Below are positions 49,024 to 62,491 of a stretch of DNA of 64,000 nucleotides, piece by piece. This DNA comes from Tricharina praecox (Eukaryota): the NCBI RefSeq assembly GCF_024521635.1, contig NW_026250405.1, positions 372,001 through 436,000 on the forward strand. The letters run 5' to 3'. Positions within the stretch are counted from its first letter, which is position 1, and each line of letters starts with the position of its first letter. The translations under genes and the position numbers were made by a program. A model generated the notes under the pieces. The model was not told where the DNA came from. It made no database searches and saw only the letters and a program-made list of their open reading frames with translations.

Positions 49024-49563
49024 TTCGCTATTTGAATCGTAGTGCGGCGGTCTCGATTGTAGATACTGATACTTGGTTATTGTCGATGTGTTGAGGAAGG
49101 CTGGTATGATGTAGTTGAAAGAATGATTCGAAGGGAAGAGAGTATAGTGGTCCCTGAGTCTGTACGGCCTCATTTGCACACACGCTAGCGCTTCTTCTAC
49201 AAGTTGTCCTTCAAAGGGCTTGGAGAGAGATCACTGACACTAGGGTTACGAGAGGAACTTCGAATGAACTATCTAGAGAGAGGATATCGGTTTATTGCCG
49301 CTCACGGCCTTTCTACTCATTTCGCTGTTGTCTACTCTCTATCACATGATGAAATTATTAGGCTTAAAGTTCCACTTCTGAACATAGGTGATAGTCAGGT
49401 AGAAAATGGATATTGCATTCTGGAGGTTTCCGTTAGAAGATAGGGTTTGTAGATAGGGTTTGTAGATAACCGCAATAGGGCAAATACAGAGTGAGCAGTT
49501 CATGATGGACTGTCCTCCATCACATGGTATCACTCACGCCTTGGCAGTCTTCCCAACACAGCA

Positions 49564-49781
49564 CAAATCCACTTGCGTCAAGCTGCGTCTACAATATTTG
49601 TTTAGTATGCAGCGGCGCAGCATTAGGATGTGGTGGTAGAGCTTTCTCTTGACGCCGCGGAGCTGGCAGGAAAGGTTGGGAAGTTGGTGGTCGACCCAGT
49701 CTAGTAAGGCTGCATGCGACAATAAGTTGATGTTCTCTCTCTCAAATCCACTTACGTCAAGCTGCGTCTACAATATTTGTT
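49564..49781 (+). repeat. 39-bp direct repeat pair
   Basis: caaatccactt(g/a)cgtcaagctgcgtctacaatatttgtt at 49564 and 49743. Confidence 0.8.
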
Positions 49782-49886
49782 CCAAATCCCAGCACCTACA
49801 CACCTCTTCCTCTCAAGGACTCCTCCACCTCTTCGTCTCCCTAACATCTACACCCATCCTCCTCTACCCTACTACATCATCCAGTC

Positions 49887-50836
49887 ATGCCCCCACATCA
49901 CCGCCGCTATTTGTGCCTGTCTACGAGAATCAAGTCAACACTTACTCCTTTCAGCGGAGGTGCTCTGGCCGAGCAAGATCACAGTCCTGCTCCGACCGGT
50001 ACCCGGAAGAGGGAGCTGTCAGCGATGACAGAGGAAACACCAGCGAAGCAACCTCCAACGAAGCGACCCAGAGTCAGCGATGCAGTCTCCGACAGCGACA
50101 GCGACATGCTCGGCGGTAAGCATAAACACCCAGTGCACAAGTTCATCTACCGACCGCACACTAACGCACCACAGCCACGGCCACGGAGGGGGACACGTCG
50201 ACGACGACTACATCCTCGGGCGAGACATTCACTTCCGTCAGTTCCGCCAGTTCTCCGTCCGGCGTCGCAGCCACCTTCGCCCGTTTCGAGATCACTCCAG
50301 CCACGGCCACGGAGGGGGGCACGTCGACGGCGACCACATCCTTGGGGGAGACGTCATTCGCCTCCGCCAGCTCCGCCGGTTCTCCGTTTGCCGCCGCCGC
50401 CAAGTTCGCCCGTATCGAGCTCACACCAGCCGCCGCCGCCGGGGACGAATCCGCCACCCCGCTCTCCGAACTATCTCAAAAGCCCAGCTTTGGCAGCATG
50501 GGCAGCTTCGACGCCTGGCGCTCGCGCATGTTCCAGCAGCTCGAGCATGCTCTCCCGCCGAAAGTCTCGATCGACTGGAACGAGGATGCCAGCGAGCTGG
50601 CCGTCCGCGACCGCACCCTGCTCCCCGGAAGGGATACCATCGTCATCGGCTTCAAGAAGCTGTACTCCGCGAACGTGAGAACGGTGCAGAAGGGCCCGTT
50701 GGTGCTGAGGAAGGGGTTCGGTCCCGGTGATACCTGGTGGGGTAGGGCGGCGGAGATGAGGAGCCTCGTGTTTGTGCACGTGGATGAGTTTCCGGAGAGG
50801 ATGATCAGCGCTTTGGGGAAGAGGAAGCGCCGCTAA
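49887..50836 (+). CDS. Hypothetical protein with an internal duplication of about 42 aa (start 49887 or 50025)
   Basis: Intron gtaagc(50116)..actaac..cag(50173) joins to the 50342-50836 frame. A duplicated unit of about 127 nt (ccacggccacggagggg...) occurs at about 50174 and 50301. Confidence 0.65.
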
Positions 50837-52604
50837 GAGATATGGGGGGACATGTTGCTGCGACGAGCAAAATTTTCTCGTGTTTTTTTTTATGCTTTCT
50901 TTCTCACGACATATGGCATTATCATGGGTGGCATCTTTCTATGCGTTTTAGTATGGCGATTGTGTCTAAGGGATATCCTGACCATGAGATTTCATATGGC
51001 GCAGTTCTTGGGTTTCTCTTGGGATTGGCATTTACGGCAATTGTTTCTGTGGTTTGGCGTTCGGGATAGTGTACTGGGAGAAGATTGATTGGAGTTCGTC
51101 ATGATGGGGTCAATCTGCTACTTCGACAATCAAAATACCTACAATCTCTTCAGTGAAGCACGCACTGAATCCGCAAGTTGAGCGGACCAAGACATACCGG
51201 GATCGAACAGATGTCAGCCATGGCCGCTGTAGACGGCTCGGAGAGGAAAAGTACTTTGGTGTCAACAGAAGAAGAATGTCGATAGTTTTAACTTCCGGCC
51301 AACCTGTATTCACCAATATCCATCCTTCCTTCAAGCCTCGAACCTCAACCGGCGATATCAATGGAGGCGTCCATAGCAGCAGCATCACACACACCTAATC
51401 ACTCGCTCATCGAGTGACCGGCCAAGCAAATGTGTCCGAAAACTTCGAACTGGGCTGTGCCGTCCTCCGCTGCCGTTCACCTCCGCTGCCGGAGTGTCGA
51501 TCTAGAGCTGTGCGAGTAAGTATACACGAAGTACACAGAGGCGATATGACGAGTCAAGGGCTGCGTATCTACTCATACCTATTCGTACATAACTCATTTA
51601 TGACCGGCAGGGGACCGTGTACTCTGGGGTGTCGCACGGTGTTCCGGGCAGCCTTAATGCCATACCATCAATCGCCGCCACTCATGGATGTGGTGACATT
51701 ACTATACAGATTGAAGGTGTCGCATGAGAATGAGCACGGACTGGAGTGTATGTAGTACCGATCCGAAGTGGATCGTGGGACGAAGTCTCGACTCTCGCCC
51801 CATCCTTCCTTAGCTAAGGATACGCCGATACCTACACGGCAGGAGTTACTTCATACACTGGGAGCAGTGGAGTGAGTAGGTAGGTGCACTGCTCATATGC
51901 ATTCATGGCTGTCTTGGATTTCAAAATCCTCCCAAGTCGCCCCGTAGAGGTTGCCCGCAGTATCTAATTCTTCGAATACTAGTCACCCATGCCCGCCCAC
52001 GCCGCCCCGCTTAACATCCCCGCTCCGTCCACCATCCCTCGATTCCGTTGCCGACAGCTATCAATGTACATACATCCATATACACCGGATATCCCTCGTC
52101 CCCGCCCCGTTCATCCAGTACGGTCTAGACCGCCTATCCCCCGCGCCCTACATGTACATACCCGCCCACCACAGTGGACACCTGACGTCCTCCGTCCTTC
52201 GTACTTCGTCCACCGACGCCCCGATCTCCGGCTTCATGCGTCTTCCCTACAATCGGACCCGTGAGAAAGCCAAACTCACATACTATGTCCAACCGCCACT
52301 GTGTGGCAAGATGTAGTGCTACCGAAACGGCTGTCACGACTCACGTCCTGGAGTTCGTGTCTCATGAGTCATGGCATCGACTGTTGAAAGATTGGAAGAT
52401 TGGAAGAAAGACATCTCATGATTTCATTGATAGCCAAAAAACCTGGGTGCGAACTAAACCACACCAGTAACCAAGACAAGAAATAAAAAAATGTGGTAAA
52501 TATGTCCGTTCTCATCGTCATAATACACATCACCAACAAAACCGATCGTTCGCTCGTTCGCTTGCTTGCATGCCTGCCTGCCTGCCTACCTACCTACCGT
52601 CCCA

Positions 52605-55266
52605 TCAGAACAGCTGATTCTCCACATCCCTCACGTCCCCGGCGTTCATCCGTCTGTGCCTGTGTCCACGCAGCTCTTCCTTCTGCTTCCGCGTCAACTT
52701 CTCCCAAGCCGAGCGCTTGATCACCACCTCGCCAATCAGATTTCCCTCTTCGCGGATGACCACCCAGTCGCCTGTTCCATGTTCCGCGGAAGCAATTCGT
52801 GTTCCTCGGCCGCCTCCGCCGACTATTAGATTGCCCGGACGGTAACTATTTGCCGCGTTATCAGTGAGTGAACTTTGCGAACAGGAGTGGGGGACATACG
52901 AAGGATTCGCCTCCATCCGCTTGAGCGCGCTGATATGGATCTTGGCATTATCCGGCATATCTCTGACTTCTCCGCGAGGGAGCGGCCAGATGATCGCCTT
53001 CCAGCTGCCATCTGGCTGCAGGTCCATCCGTCGGAAGGGTAGCCACTCCATCATGTTCCACCCCAGCACACCGATGTGGTCGACGCCATGGCCAAAGCAC
53101 AAGCAATCGTGTATCTTCCCACGTGTGTACGACCGCTCCAGAAACTCTTTCGGCGGGTACCGCGGCGCCTCCACCTGCCGGTGGCGTCGTCGCATCCAGT
53201 GCCGGAGTGGGTGGTGCAGAGGATGGGCTTCTGCTTCTGCCGCGTGAAGATCCGGAGGAGGATAGTTGTCTAATTCTTTTGGAAATTCTTCGGTGGGTGA
53301 CGTGCCGGTTACTTCGATGGCGGGGGGCCGCCGAGCTCCAGCAGCACCGTTGGATGAATGCTGGGGCTGGGTTTGAACTAGCGATTCACACGATTCCGTT
53401 GGGCTATCGTCGTCCTCGTATTCCTCGATCCAACAATTATGTTCCTTCATCCGCTCCTTGTCGAATATAACACCCGCTTTTCTCGCTTCTCGCACCTATG
53501 CTTGACTATCAGCATCATTCCCAAAGCGATATCGTCGTCTGAATACTGACCATCCACACTAACGGACCGTGGCTCAGAGGCTCTTCGTCTGCTGGCAAGT
53601 CCCATCCACCACCAATATCTGCATGTGCTCCCGGGAACCACACTTCCTCGACGTCCTGGCCGAGTTCTTCGTCGTCGTCCGAATCGCTCTCTTGGTCCAA
53701 GATGAGATTGAAAGACGTCATACTTTCCGCCGGACTCTCGCCTGCAAACATGGCGTTGGATCCAGTCTGTAGTTGCTGTCCGTATATCGGGTGTCCATTC
53801 GCATTGCCGTTTCTCGGACCGCCGTTCGGGGACTGAGCCCTGTTGACAGAGCTCGATGACCTGGCAGTGAACTTGGCCTTCTTCTTCTTATTCTTCTTTT
53901 TGCCTTTCTTCTCTTCCTTCCAGCTCCGCTGTCGTGCTATCGAATCAAGGTCTACCTTGTTGACGAGGTCCTGGCGGAACTTGGCTCTGCGCTCGTCAAT
54001 GCCGACTGCATGTCGAATCACTCGGGCGGTGCCTGTCAAGCATCGTCAGCACAATTCCAGTTTTGGTGAAAGCATGAAGAGCGGGCTTACTCCTGGCAGT
54101 GTACGGAAACCCAGAGGAGCGCTTCAACCATGCGTGCTCGAACCGGGGAACCGAGTTTACGGTGTCGAACAGCCCCAAGAATCGTACTCGACGGGCTGGC
54201 CGAGCAAAAGTTTCGCGGAATGCACGCATGTAACTACATGAAGGATTAGCGTCAGTAGGTTTCTCGCTATCTGCGCTCATATCCACTTACTCGTAAAGTG
54301 CCTTATGCTTGGAGTTATCATTCCGTTGTTTCCAGTTCGAAAACGTCTTCCATGCGAATAGGACCTACGGGGACTTGTCTCAACATTCCGCCCACCAACT
54401 CGGATAGGATAGTCCAACCATCTCTTCATTCCCTGGCGCCACAATTCCCACGTGATCAATCATCTCGGCCAAAAATCTCGCAGTGTATGCGCCCCGCGAG
54501 AATCCGAACATATAGATGTCGTCGCCGGGAGAATAGAACCGCATCAAAAACTTGTAACCTCCAATGACATGCTGGTCAAACGATGTTCTGTAACGAAAAC
54601 GCGCTCGTCAGCACCCATGTTCAGCTACTCCCCCACCCCGCAGGTCGCGAGTAATAAAGTACCCAACAGCGGCGTCCATGGCCTTATTAACCCACGACTT
54701 GAAACGCGCGCCCACATGCACACGCGACAACCCTCCATTGGTGATGTAAGTTCCTATTCCCGCTGTTGAGGTTGTCAGCGCCAATACTCCGGAAGGGTTG
54801 GACGAGACTAGTCTCGGCGTCTAGTACGCGCTCCGCGAGTACTCCGGAATGGAACGTACGTTGATAATAATGGACTAGACGCCGACGCCCGCACTGTTAG
54901 CCACCACCTCCTGAACAGAGAGATCGCGAAGGCAAGGTTGGAGGGAATTGAATCGTTACATTGATTCCCTTCGCTGCGGTCCAACATGCGGAAAACCTTC
55001 AGGATGTTGGTGTCGCCAGAGTTTCCCTTGAACTTATTTCCCGTCCCGTCGAAGCAAAGAATCAACTTCTTGCGTGGCTGGTCCACTTGGATGTTGCTAA
55101 TCATATTGGCAGTCTGGCTTCCCTGACGGGGCGCAACATTGGGACGTGCATTCCGTTGTTGTGGTGCCGGTGATGGAGAGAGCGAGTAGGTCAGGCGAGC
55201 ACCCGGCGGAATTTGAATCTGCGGTGAAGCCGGCGGAGGCGGGGTAGCGTTGGGGTTTCCCTCCAT
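52605..55266 (-). CDS. DUF2235 / Tle1-like alpha/beta hydrolase domain protein, multi-exon
   Basis: [38 protein letters not shown] (GxSxG nucleophile), [38 protein letters not shown]. Confidence 0.93.
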
Positions 55267-58200
55267 TATAAGACGTAGAGGTATCGAACAAGATATGTCG
55301 AGAGCGTTGGCTGCCTAGTACTGGCTGAAGATGGATGTGAGAAGTCTCGTCCAGTCGAGGCTTCGAGATGTGTGAGGTGTGAAGCGTGATGAGGAGAGCG
55401 ACTGACGAATGGAAGAGACAAGAGGAACCGGGGGAATCTGAGCATATGAGGGATGGGCTTTTATCAACTATCGGAAAGAAGGCGAGAAGGAGATGAGAAA
55501 GTTTTCGTTCCGCCGGCGCAACGCCAGATTGAGGGGGTAACTACGTGAGACGAACGAACGGCACAAGGGGAATGCCGCGGACCATGATGATGCAGAAGAC
55601 TCTTAGTGCTGGGTCGCACGCAGTCTCTCGAGCTCCTACGCGGCTGACTGGTTGTGGCCGACCATTTTTTCCGTGTATACCCATTCCCCAACCGGCCTAC
55701 TATGTCTTGGAGATGTCTTAAAGGTCTCCATGGTGGGTGACGTTTAGGTTCTGCAGCAGCAACCACTGGTGACTGGCACAGGAACGGGAGGCTAAAGATC
55801 GCCGGAGCAGCAAGGCACTACTGCATATTTCAGCTCGAGGGGTGTCATTGCTTCATCGCAAAGTCCGATTGATAGCAAGCCCCCAGCCGAAACATCGCGA
55901 ATCGAGCTCCGCGCTTGTCCATGAGTGCTGATATATTGCACAACCACACCTCCTTCTGGATGCGGGTTGATTTTCGGCGAGGTCTCTGGTCTTGGGAAAC
56001 GCGGGATCAGTGTCGGACTGGGGATGGGTGAGCGTGGAGTGTCGAGTGTCGAGTGTGAATAGTGATATCGATATCAATTGGTGGAGTGGGGCCGTATGCA
56101 GAGTGCAAGCGCAATACCACTCGGCTCTAGTGGGGGAGGTGGTTCTCACGCTTACCGTTTCCGTTTCGTCCTTGGCGTCCGCTTGAAGACGCCGCACCCG
56201 ATGATTCGCCAATAGTTCTCGCGAATCTCCTGCACACATCCGAACCTAATCGAATTCTGCGTAACATCTCCATGGCCCCGAGACCAGTCCTCCAGCCCGC
56301 GGCGATCCACAACCGATCAGGGCAACTCCTCCAAAGATCGCGCCCCCACTTTGGCAGTAAATCCGGCGTAGGCAAAGATGCTAGGTATGTAGGGACCTCG
56401 CTTCCGAGTGTCCTCGCCGCTATGCCTACTCACCTAGTACTTACTTGGTTAACTGCTACATAGGTAACTACTCGGGTGGTTGATATCTAACCATCATATG
56501 CCTATCTGCCGGCAGAATGCTGTCCCGCCCAACCGCTCTCATCGGAACTCCTTCAGGTCGTGGGCTCTGTCGGTCGCTGTTTGCCGGTTTCTTCATCGCG
56601 CGGCTGCACATGGACCAACGCTTGCGCAGGTTGACGATGCCGTGCAAGAGGGTGGAAGCTGGGCCTGAGACATCTCCGACTCAGAACACGAGCTTGCCGT
56701 ATTACCGGCCTGTGGGGGTTACATGATGGTTATCCACCAGCGCGGTTTGCTTGATCCAGATTAGAAGGTCCAACGGCGACGGACAGCATTGATATTCGTC
56801 TGAGGGAGATCTTCGGTCCTGGCCAAACCGGTTTGGGGATGCGACACAAACGCCGGAGGTATGCACTCAAGGCATATTACCTATCCTGCTCGCGGATTCC
56901 GCATCATCGGCCGGATACAAAAATCTTTTCCGGCCTGCATGCCGTAGGTACGTACACCAACGCAATGTCCAATCATCATCAATCCTGCCCTCAGTGGATT
57001 ACACATGCCTACTCAATCCTGGGGCACACCTTTCTAATACATGCGGCATGCACATTGCCATCTCTTTGCCAATCGCTCTGCCCCATGCGCAATCAAAGTT
57101 CTTTCTTCCCTCGACGATGAATGTCCACTCGCTGCTTAAGGTTTGCTGCGCCTCCACTCCCGCTCATTAGATGGATGTGTACGGTGTACCTATCATGGCC
57201 ACGGATGGACGGATGGACGGATGGACGGCGGATGGTACATGCCCTTCCATGCCGCACGTGTTTCCGGTGACGTATAGTTCTATTCTCCATGATCTTTCCC
57301 GTGCCACGTTTAACCTCATTTTGAGGTCACGATGCTTCAAACCTGTCATAAATGCCATATCGTGTCTTACGGCAGTGCTGGTACAGGGCTATGCATGGAG
57401 CTCAGGTAGAGTGAAGTCAAACTGTCAAAGACACGAGCAAAGCACCGTATTCTCCAGAGCTTTCCTCTAAAAGCAACTGGTTCCCGAGATGTCCTTCCTA
57501 CGGTGCCTATCCTACTCACGCTCATCAGGGCCCTACCGTCACCACCAGTGGCAGTGCATATGCGCGAGGGCATCCGCTCTTTTCCCTGCGCAGCTTACAT
57601 TGGGCTTGGTGAATTCTTTCCGACTCGGGGAAGGAAAGCCCACCGACTGCTGACACCGATGTGTGGGCAAGACAATCTCTTGGCAAGATTTCCAACGCCG
57701 TCTTCAAAAGCTCACGCCCGTACCACTCGATAGATAAACGCATGGATGATTGGGTAGCTACTGACCTCCTACCCTACGGTACCCTTGTGCGGCCCATCCC
57801 GTTTTTTAGGCTCCCAGCTCCGCTCACAAAAAGCTTGAAGATAAACCTGATCCAGCCACCCGGTGGCGATTGCTCTACCCACAGATTTGGGGGTTTCGAG
57901 ATTTATCTGGATCCTGGGAGTCGGATGGACCCCTTGCATGGCGAACCGAACCGTGAGATGTTCATAGTACACATATGTAGCACATTTCCCGTCACCCACG
58001 CACTCTAGGTTCATGAGCATGAGGTCAATTGATGGTTGTCGTACATAGAGACAGACGAACTACTCGTGGTTTCGCATTCGGTCATTGACGTCATCGTCTG
58101 TTCTGCTCTTTGCTGTTACGTGAGTGTGTATATACCAGTATCTACGTGGTTTCTGATGACCTCGACACGGAAAGCCCGTGTGTACTCGACACTGCCCGCA

Positions 58201-58480
58201 CCGGATCCCTTCGGCATCAAAGATGAAACGCATGCGTACCGAGCATACCGAGCACTCACGCAGAAGACGGCTTGCCGCTCCGCATCCCCCCGCCATGGAC
58301 AGGGGTCCTAGATAGTGCTGGGCAATCTAGAGAGCTCGGCCCACTCCCCGAGCTCCTCACCGCACTCCACCATGAAACCCCCGACCACACGAGACATCCT
58401 CCACACGCGCAGCATCACCCGGCCGGATCTTACCCGCCTATCCACGATCTCGCCCTAGGCTGACCACGTAACCCGTATCG

Positions 58481-59662
58481 ATGCCCGCCTTCGCCGCCCG
58501 CCACATCCCGCGTCTCGCCCGCGCCTTCACCACGCTCAATCCGCTGCCGGCCACGTTCATCCGCGGCGGCACCTCGAAGGGTATATTCATCGACGCGAAG
58601 CACCTCCCCCCGTCGCGCGATGAGTGGGGCCCGATCTTCCAGGGAATTATGGGTTCCCCGGACCCGTTCGGGCGGCAGCTCAACGGGATGGGCGGGGGGA
58701 TCAGCTCGCTCTCCAAGATCTGCGTGGTCGGCTGTTCGACCGCGAAGCCCGAGACGGCCACCGGCGACTACGACATCGCATACACGTTCGTCCAGGTCGG
58801 CATCCGCGACGGCATCCTCGACTTCTCTGGCAACTGCGGGAACCTTACCGCCGCCATTGGCATCTTCGCGCTGGACGAGAAGCTCTGCCGCATCCCGAGC
58901 TTGGAGATGATCCCTGGAGAGACGGATCTTGGTCGCAGGAAGGCGACGCTGAACCTGCTCAATACCAACACTGGGAAGATCGTCTGCACGCAGTTCCCTG
59001 TCGAAAGGAGCACGGGATTGGCCATGCTGAACGAATCCGAGATCGCCATCGCCGGTGTTGCTGGAAAGGGCTCCCGCGTCGTCCTCGAGTTTCTAGACCC
59101 TGCTGGAGCGAAGACGGGGAAGCTGCTGCCGACGGGTCGACCTCGCGACGAGGTTGTGCTCACGTCAGGACAGAAAGTGGTAGTGTCCTGTGTCGACGCC
59201 ACCAACCCCACCGTCTTCGTCGCGGCAACGCACATCTTCCCCTCTCTCGACGACTTCTTCGCCGTTTCCTGGCCAGACGCCGTCTTCCCAACGCTGGAGG
59301 AGATCCGACAAGCGGCCGCGGTGAAGATGGGCCTCGACCCGACCACGCAGGCACAGCCAAAGATCTGCCTTGTTGCTCCGCCGAGCGGAACCCTGGATTT
59401 CTGCCACATCGCTGCGAAGGCACTAAGTATGGGCGCACTGCATAAGGCGATTCCGTCCACCGTGGCGCTCTGTCTGGCGGCGGCGGCGTGCGTGCAAGGC
59501 AGCGTGATCCACGAGCTCGTCGGTGATGGGAACGGAGACGTGGGTGTCGAGATTCCCGGAGGAGTTGTCGGGCTGAAGGCGAGGTTTGAGGGCGAGCGGG
59601 TGACAAGCGTCGCCATCGAGCGCACGGCGAGGAAGTTGATGCGTGGTGAGGTTTATTGGTGA
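58481..59662 (+). CDS. prpF: PrpF/DUF453 family isomerase (aconitate/methylitaconate isomerase-like), intronless
   Basis: ATFIRGGTSKG, GSPDP..RQLNGMGGG.SSLSK, SGNCGNL, NTNT, G.LLPTG, VDATNP, MG.LHKA, RTARKLMRGEVY. Confidence 0.93.
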   Translation: MPAFAARHIPRLARAFTTLNPLPATFIRGGTSKGIFIDAKHLPPSRDEWGPIFQGIMGSPDPFGRQLNGMGGGISSLSKICVVGCSTAKPETATGDYDIAYTFVQVGIRDGILDFSGNCGNLTAAIGIFALDEKLCRIPSLEMIPGETDLGRRKATLNLLNTNTGKIVCTQFPVERSTGLAMLNESEIAIAGVAGKGSRVVLEFLDPAGAKTGKLLPTGRPRDEVVLTSGQKVVVSCVDATNPTVFVAATHIFPSLDDFFAVSWPDAVFPTLEEIRQAAAVKMGLDPTTQAQPKICLVAPPSGTLDFCHIAAKALSMGALHKAIPSTVALCLAAAACVQGSVIHELVGDGNGDVGVEIPGGVVGLKARFEGERVTSVAIERTARKLMRGEVYW

Positions 59663-60004
59663 GAGATACGGACGGAGGTGCTTACCTATTGTACATACGT
59701 CTTTTTGCGGGAGTTGTGGATTAACTGATATTGTTTTTTGCTTTGCACGTTTGTGCGGAAACTATGATGTAACCGTTTACTCGTCCATCTATACCTAACT
59801 CAATAAGAGATGGGCACGCACGGCCCGGAATATACTGGCTCCAAGGTCTATTGTGCCCGGGGCTGCTTTCGGAGAGTCTTCGCAGGATTAAGATTCCTTC
59901 ATCACCAAGCCGGATACCGGTACCCTTTGTATCGTGAGTTTCCATGAAGCTTGCTTCTCACGGCGGCGGCAACGGTAACGGCAGCAACCCATCCTTCTCA
60001 CGTA

Positions 60005-60458
60005 CCGTATCTACTCGATCATTGTAACCGGCGCGCTAAGAGGTCAGAATAAACTTACCGAGTAGCAATGAAAAGGGTGCAAAGTGGCAATATCAGTTTG
60101 CCACTGCCAGAGCTCTCGCTCAAAACTCTCTCTTAGTATCTACAGATGTCGAGCGGGAAAAATGAATTGATACAGGTGGGAAGGGATGGGCGATTCCATA
60201 GTGTAATACTACACGTCTCCAGAGTTTAGCAGGCCCAGAAACAGCAGTTTTGTTGTTTCCGAGTGGATGCACAAAGCATCACCCGTGCCAAGACCGTGGC
60301 CAAAGTTCCTGATTTCTAACAAAACAGCTGCTTTTTCAGCACTGAAGTTGCGAAAACATTTGCCACAAAGACCCTTCCGTCCACCGAATTTTCATTGCCA
60401 CTCGGCAAGTTTATTCTGACCTCTTAGCGCGCCGGTTACAATGATCGAGTAGATACAG
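60005..60458. mobile_element. MITE of 454 bp with TA target-site duplication (Tc1/mariner-pogo type)
   Basis: TA|ccgtatctactcgatcattgtaaccggcgcgctaagaggtcagaataaactt.ccgagt.gcaatgaaa ... inverse copy at about 60390-60458|TA. TIRs of about 68 bp; no transposase. Confidence 0.88.
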
Positions 60459-62491
60459 TATCAACGAAGTGCTAATATACCCATACACCTCACTATATCA
60501 TCTCTCGGCAGCAAGTATCACCGCCGATGGGCAAACGGCACTGGTACACTCCATCCCATCCCACCCCAATAGCAACCACTCGGCATGGTACGCTGAGCTG
60601 AACAAAGTATGTACAATTCCGAGATCCCGAGCCTATGTACCAACCTGCGCAAGGGGCCTGTGATGATCATTGATTAGGCTTTTAGATCTGGTCTGTTCGC
60701 GTGCGCCCTCCCAACCAGCCCTCCCGCGGCTTCACACCACTCGTCGCACACACCTGTTACATACCTCGGTCCACTCGCCAGAGTAGAGTACATCTGGTCA
60801 CAGCTCGTGAGTCTTCACTGCCTATTCTAGTTGACACTTATCTTATGGCTATAATATAGGTAACTTCGAACTCTCCCTCGAGCCCGCACTCCCACTTCAT
60901 CTCTACTACCCCTCTCTCGCAGACCGCAGAGTCCTCCAGGCTCCAACTGTTCAGCTTCGAACGGTCGAACTTACAACCTCATGTATAATACGGTATATAC
61001 ACATGAGGTTGTGCACGTCTTCGGCGCTGTATCCCTCGTTACCGCAGCGGCACTTGGATACAACGAGCCAACAACGAGCCACGAATGGACCACCGACGAA
61101 CCACCAACAAGCCGAAGGGAAAGAACCATCGAGCGTGATTTGGGTACCTTCCCAGCTAGCCAGGCCGCTTTCTGTTCCTTTTCTTTTCTTTTCTTTGCAA
61201 AGTTAGGTATATCAGTTCTGTGGGAGCGGGGGGAACCGAGTAACAAGTGTGATGCAGCCGTCGGAGCGAGAAGTCGACCACGCCTGTGTGCACATGGACC
61301 GAAGACAATGCGTGTGAAATACATCTACGGACCTACGGTACACACGATGCGATACCTACGTCGTCTCGCAGGCTTTACATGCGCGGAATCTGCCCCACCA
61401 TGTCTGGTCCCTGGTCCTTAATCCTTCCAGTAGTTCGTGGGGCACAGCTCGTCGTGCTCTGCTGGGGACTGCGCAGAAGAGCCAGGTCGTAATAACTCTC
61501 ACGTGTCCACAGCGGAACCCCAGGCTACAGCATGTATCGAGTAGCAGAGGGGTGCGGCGATTATGGTGGCGGCCGTGACTCGTGACTCGTGAGTGCCCAC
61601 ACATACAGAGAATATCGCAGTCGCCGTACCCTACTATCCTACTATAGCAGGTGCGACATACCATGATATCACTGATCACTGATCAACAGTGCTGCTGCTA
61701 CTACTACTTCTGATAGTTTCCGGATCCCGCATCTCGTGGTAGCCAGAGATACCTAGCTCTAAAAAGTCAAGTGCGAGCACAGATGTATCATATATCACTC
61801 GAGCAATTCCAAAGTACATACCTGAACGCTACACATCTTCCCCAGTATAGTAGACATCTTCACAGAAACGCTGGATTCTCTGGAAGAAACGACGTGCCTT
61901 AGGTACCTTGCCTCGTCCCCAGTAGTTCGAGTGAAGAACTGTCCAGACGGATAATGAATGTGATTTACGGAGGATTATCTACCTATCAGGCACCCCCACC
62001 CCCACAACCAATCTAGACCTGATAAACCACCTGGCGCTTCGGCGGCCCTCCACGGCCCATTAAGAGTACGGTTATCACTACGCCGTGCACCCGCAGCGAT
62101 AAGCGCCAATCGAAGCTCAAGCTCGAGCTCAAGCCCCAGGTATACTACCGCACCTAGTCAGGTACATGGGGCAAACATCGTGCAGACACCTCAGCTTCTC
62201 AGGCGGATTCATTCATTCAACATCCAATCTATATTTCCGACTTCAAGCATGTAGGTCTAGGTAGACTATCTAGAAACATCTCAAGATCGCAAGCCATTAC
62301 AAGCCCATTAAACCCTCCCTACGATCCTGTTCCAAGTTCCAACCTCAAAGAATTTATCATCGCATAAAACCGAATAAAAAACCAAACCAACATCGAACGA
62401 ACGAACGAGAGTAACGAAGGTATAAGGATATAACGCCCCCAAGCGCCCATGTTTCGACGACAACGACGACAGCCACGACACTTTCTTCTAT

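Noticed and set aside
13500..51000. Starship or other giant transposon carrying the orphan island
   Set aside because: No DUF3435 tyrosine-recombinase captain, transposase, reverse transcriptase or helicase is recognisable in the window.
58620..59625. Long alternative-frame and antisense ORFs over PrpF (and similarly over the tyrosinase and M28 genes)
   Set aside because: Expected shadows of GC3-rich coding sequence.
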